Program-made: the position numbers and the translations under genes
Notes under the pieces: model-generated
Databases searched by the model: none
Told to the model about the DNA's origin: nothing
Seen by the model: only the letters and a program-made list of their open reading frames with translations
Assembly: GCA_045837725.1 (NCBI GenBank)
Contig: JBEWZL010000287.1
Span: 124,001 to 186,358 of the forward strand
DNA from: Vermamoeba vermiformis
Taxonomy: Eukaryota
Length of the DNA: 62,358 bases
Direction: 5' to 3'
In this document: positions 61,786-62,358 of the stretch, in pieces
Layout: every line of letters starts with the position of its first letter
Position numbering within the stretch: position 1 is the first letter of the stretch

Positions 61786-62358
61786 TGTTGCTTATGCTGT
61801 TGTTATTGATTGTAAAAAAACAATTTAAAATTTGATTTTTAAGATTTCACTTTTGAGCCGTTCACTGAACTTTGCTTTTTAGATATCTTTGACAAAAAAG
61901 GAAACTATTCAACGAATTCTGCACTTTTTTGAACGTATCGATAACAGCCACAACATATTCTATGAACTTAATCGTCTATTATCGATAATCAAATAAAGGG
62001 TGCACAAATCTTCCAGGGATCTGATCTCACAGATTGATCTCCAACAAGACAGTCTGGTTAATATCAAGCTTGTCAACACTATTTAATATTAAATATAACT
62101 TACGTAATCACAATCATGTTTGACGTCCCTACAGAAGCCGAATGCGTGTCTGATGAATCTGCTTTTAAATGCGCACGAACTATTAATTAGTAATATTAAA
62201 TTTTACTAAAAAAGCACATGTATTTTCTCTATTTAAAGGCCAAGTAATTGTCAAGCTTGTTTAAATCAAATTAACTACATTCTAACTCAATCTAGGCCTT
62301 AGTTGCACTGCCATGCATATTCATCCTTTTATATTTTGTTATGATATATATTAAATAT

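Larger units (their letters stand above)
57299..62011. repeat. Tandem segmental duplication, period about 2.55 kb
   Basis: Shared flanks AGCCGGT..AAAATCGAAAACG at ~57300 and ~59848, and AATCAAATAAAGGGTGCACAAATCTT at ~59412 and ~61986; genes near-identical. Confidence 0.9.

Noticed and set aside
1-62358. CRISPR arrays, rRNA, tRNA, prokaryotic operons
   Set aside because: None seen; the sequence is spliced eukaryotic nuclear DNA

Overview
Gene-dense, intron-rich, AT-rich nuclear DNA of a unicellular eukaryote (amoebozoan-like is an inference from gene content and style). About 24 protein genes were reconstructed by hand, nearly all spliced. Recognisable genes: PSMD12/Rpn5, UreD, tRNA-guanine transglycosylase (TGT), PSMB1, a TACC-domain protein, FANCL, LMBRD1, an ABCD4-like half transporter, a fasciclin, an M4 (thermolysin-family) peptidase, a PH-Zn-SPRY-F-box protein, TAF12, ATG101, TOP2 and eIF2D. 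There is also a ~2.55 kb tandem duplication of an uncharacterised triple-repeat gene. The largest accessory feature is an intact ~6.65 kb non-LTR retrotransposon (minus strand, 13789-20439). It has a 19-bp target-site duplication and one 2071-aa ORF fusing an ORF1-like region, a signal-peptide-like linker, APE, RT (WIDD), RNase H and a CCHC finger, and it sits head-to-head in the PSMB1 promoter. The tgt locus is the other hotspot: a Chlamydia-like TGT with a mitochondrial-type presequence, a U12-type AT-AC intron, a GC-AG intron, a uORF and a structured GC-rich island in its largest intron. Gene spans include introns; exon joins and family assignments are by eye and from recalled motifs, with no database searches run.
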